Origin: Psilocybe cubensis
Lineage: Eukaryota
Reading direction: 5' to 3'
Length of the DNA: 64,000 nucleotides
NCBI GenBank assembly: GCA_017499595.2
Contig: CM039007.1
Location: 2,046,001 to 2,110,000 of the forward strand
Positions within the stretch are counted from its first letter, which is position 1; every line of letters starts with the position of its first letter. Positions 63,239-64,000 of this stretch are shown piece by piece. Position numbers and translations under genes: made by a program. The notes under the pieces are model-generated. The model saw only the letters and a list, made by a program, of their open reading frames with translations. It was not told the DNA's origin and made no database searches.

Positions 63239-63280
63239 CTACAGGTTTACATGAATGTTAGCATGATGTCACTGAATTAA

Positions 63281-63987
63281 CACCACTGGTGCTCATACAT
63301 ATTTTGACGGCTGGTGCTCATGCATATTTTCCAGAAAAATATGTATCGGTGATTATATTTCCTGTTTGTTTTTGACATATTTTCCTGGAATAACCTCAAA
63401 AATACGTCGAAAACCAACAGGAAACATACACGGCTGGCGCTCATGCGTATTTGCCAGAAAAATATGTATCGGTAATTATGTTTCCTGTTTGTTTTTGACA
63501 TATTTTTGAGGTTTATAGACTCTGGGGCTGCCTAATCAGGGAAACCCGAAGTCTATATACCTCAAAGATGCGTCGAAAATCAACAGGAAACATAATTACC
63601 CATACATATTTCTCTGGAAAATATGAATGAGCGCCAGCCGTGATAATTACCCATACATATTTCTCTGGCAAATATGCATGAGCGCCAGCCGTGTTTCCAG
63701 CAAAATAAGGACCAGTAATTATGCCTCCTAATTTCTTTTCACGTATTTTTTTGGAATATAGGTATCAGGTGGCTTCCTTAACACAGCTGGCGCTGGTACA
63801 AATTTGCTAAAAAACATGGACTGGCAATTATGTTTCCTATGTTTTTGACGTATTTTTCTGGGATATAGGTTTTGGGCTTGACGGGCAACCGCAAAGCCTA
63901 TATTCCAGAAAAATATGTCAAAGAAAATTAGGAAACATAATGACTGGTCCTTATTTTTCTGGAAAATATGTATGAGCACCAGCAGTG
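63281..63987. repeat. Foldback/MITE-like composite inverted-repeat element
   Basis: Outer inverted repeats ctggtgctcatacatatttt (about 63285) / aaaatatgtatgagcaccag (about 63963). Internal 93-bp arms 63429-63521 / 63550-63642, and a second hairpin at about 63818-63950. Repeated subunits ggctggcgctcat and taattatgtttcct. Confidence 0.8.
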
Positions 63988-64000
63988 CAATTGGGCAACC

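Noticed and set aside
63281-64000. CRISPR array or hammerhead ribozyme in the terminal repeat region
   Set aside because: Eukaryotic context; the repeats are inverted and nested without unique equal-length spacers, and no CUGANGA/GAAA hammerhead core is properly arranged.

Overview
Eukaryotic, intron-rich fungal DNA. Short GT-AG introns of about 50-70 nt, microexons and gene content point to an agaricomycete (mushroom-forming basidiomycete). About 21 protein-coding genes can be supported. In order: a tandem pair of SRPBCC/polyketide-cyclase-fold genes, an FAD-dependent oxidoreductase, small hypotheticals, a tandem pair of secreted DUF5648-like genes, a BAG co-chaperone, SPC25, an intact non-mobile reverse transcriptase-related gene (rvt class), UTP10, a very long divergent CRIB/PAK-like kinase, an SCPx-type peroxisomal thiolase, RPA49, SET2, a low-complexity K/S/A/T-rich protein, a SPRY protein, a tyrosinase-like protein and a MOV10/SDE3-like SF1 RNA helicase. 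The most notable features are the rvt gene (about 901 aa, one spliceosomal intron, MHDD active site, no transposon hallmarks) between two essential housekeeping genes, a nested foldback/inverted-repeat element with GNRA-capped loops at the 5' side of the RNA helicase, and a PAK-like kinase with non-canonical catalytic motifs. Family calls come from motif recognition by eye, not database searches. Exon boundaries were read manually and are approximate unless stated.
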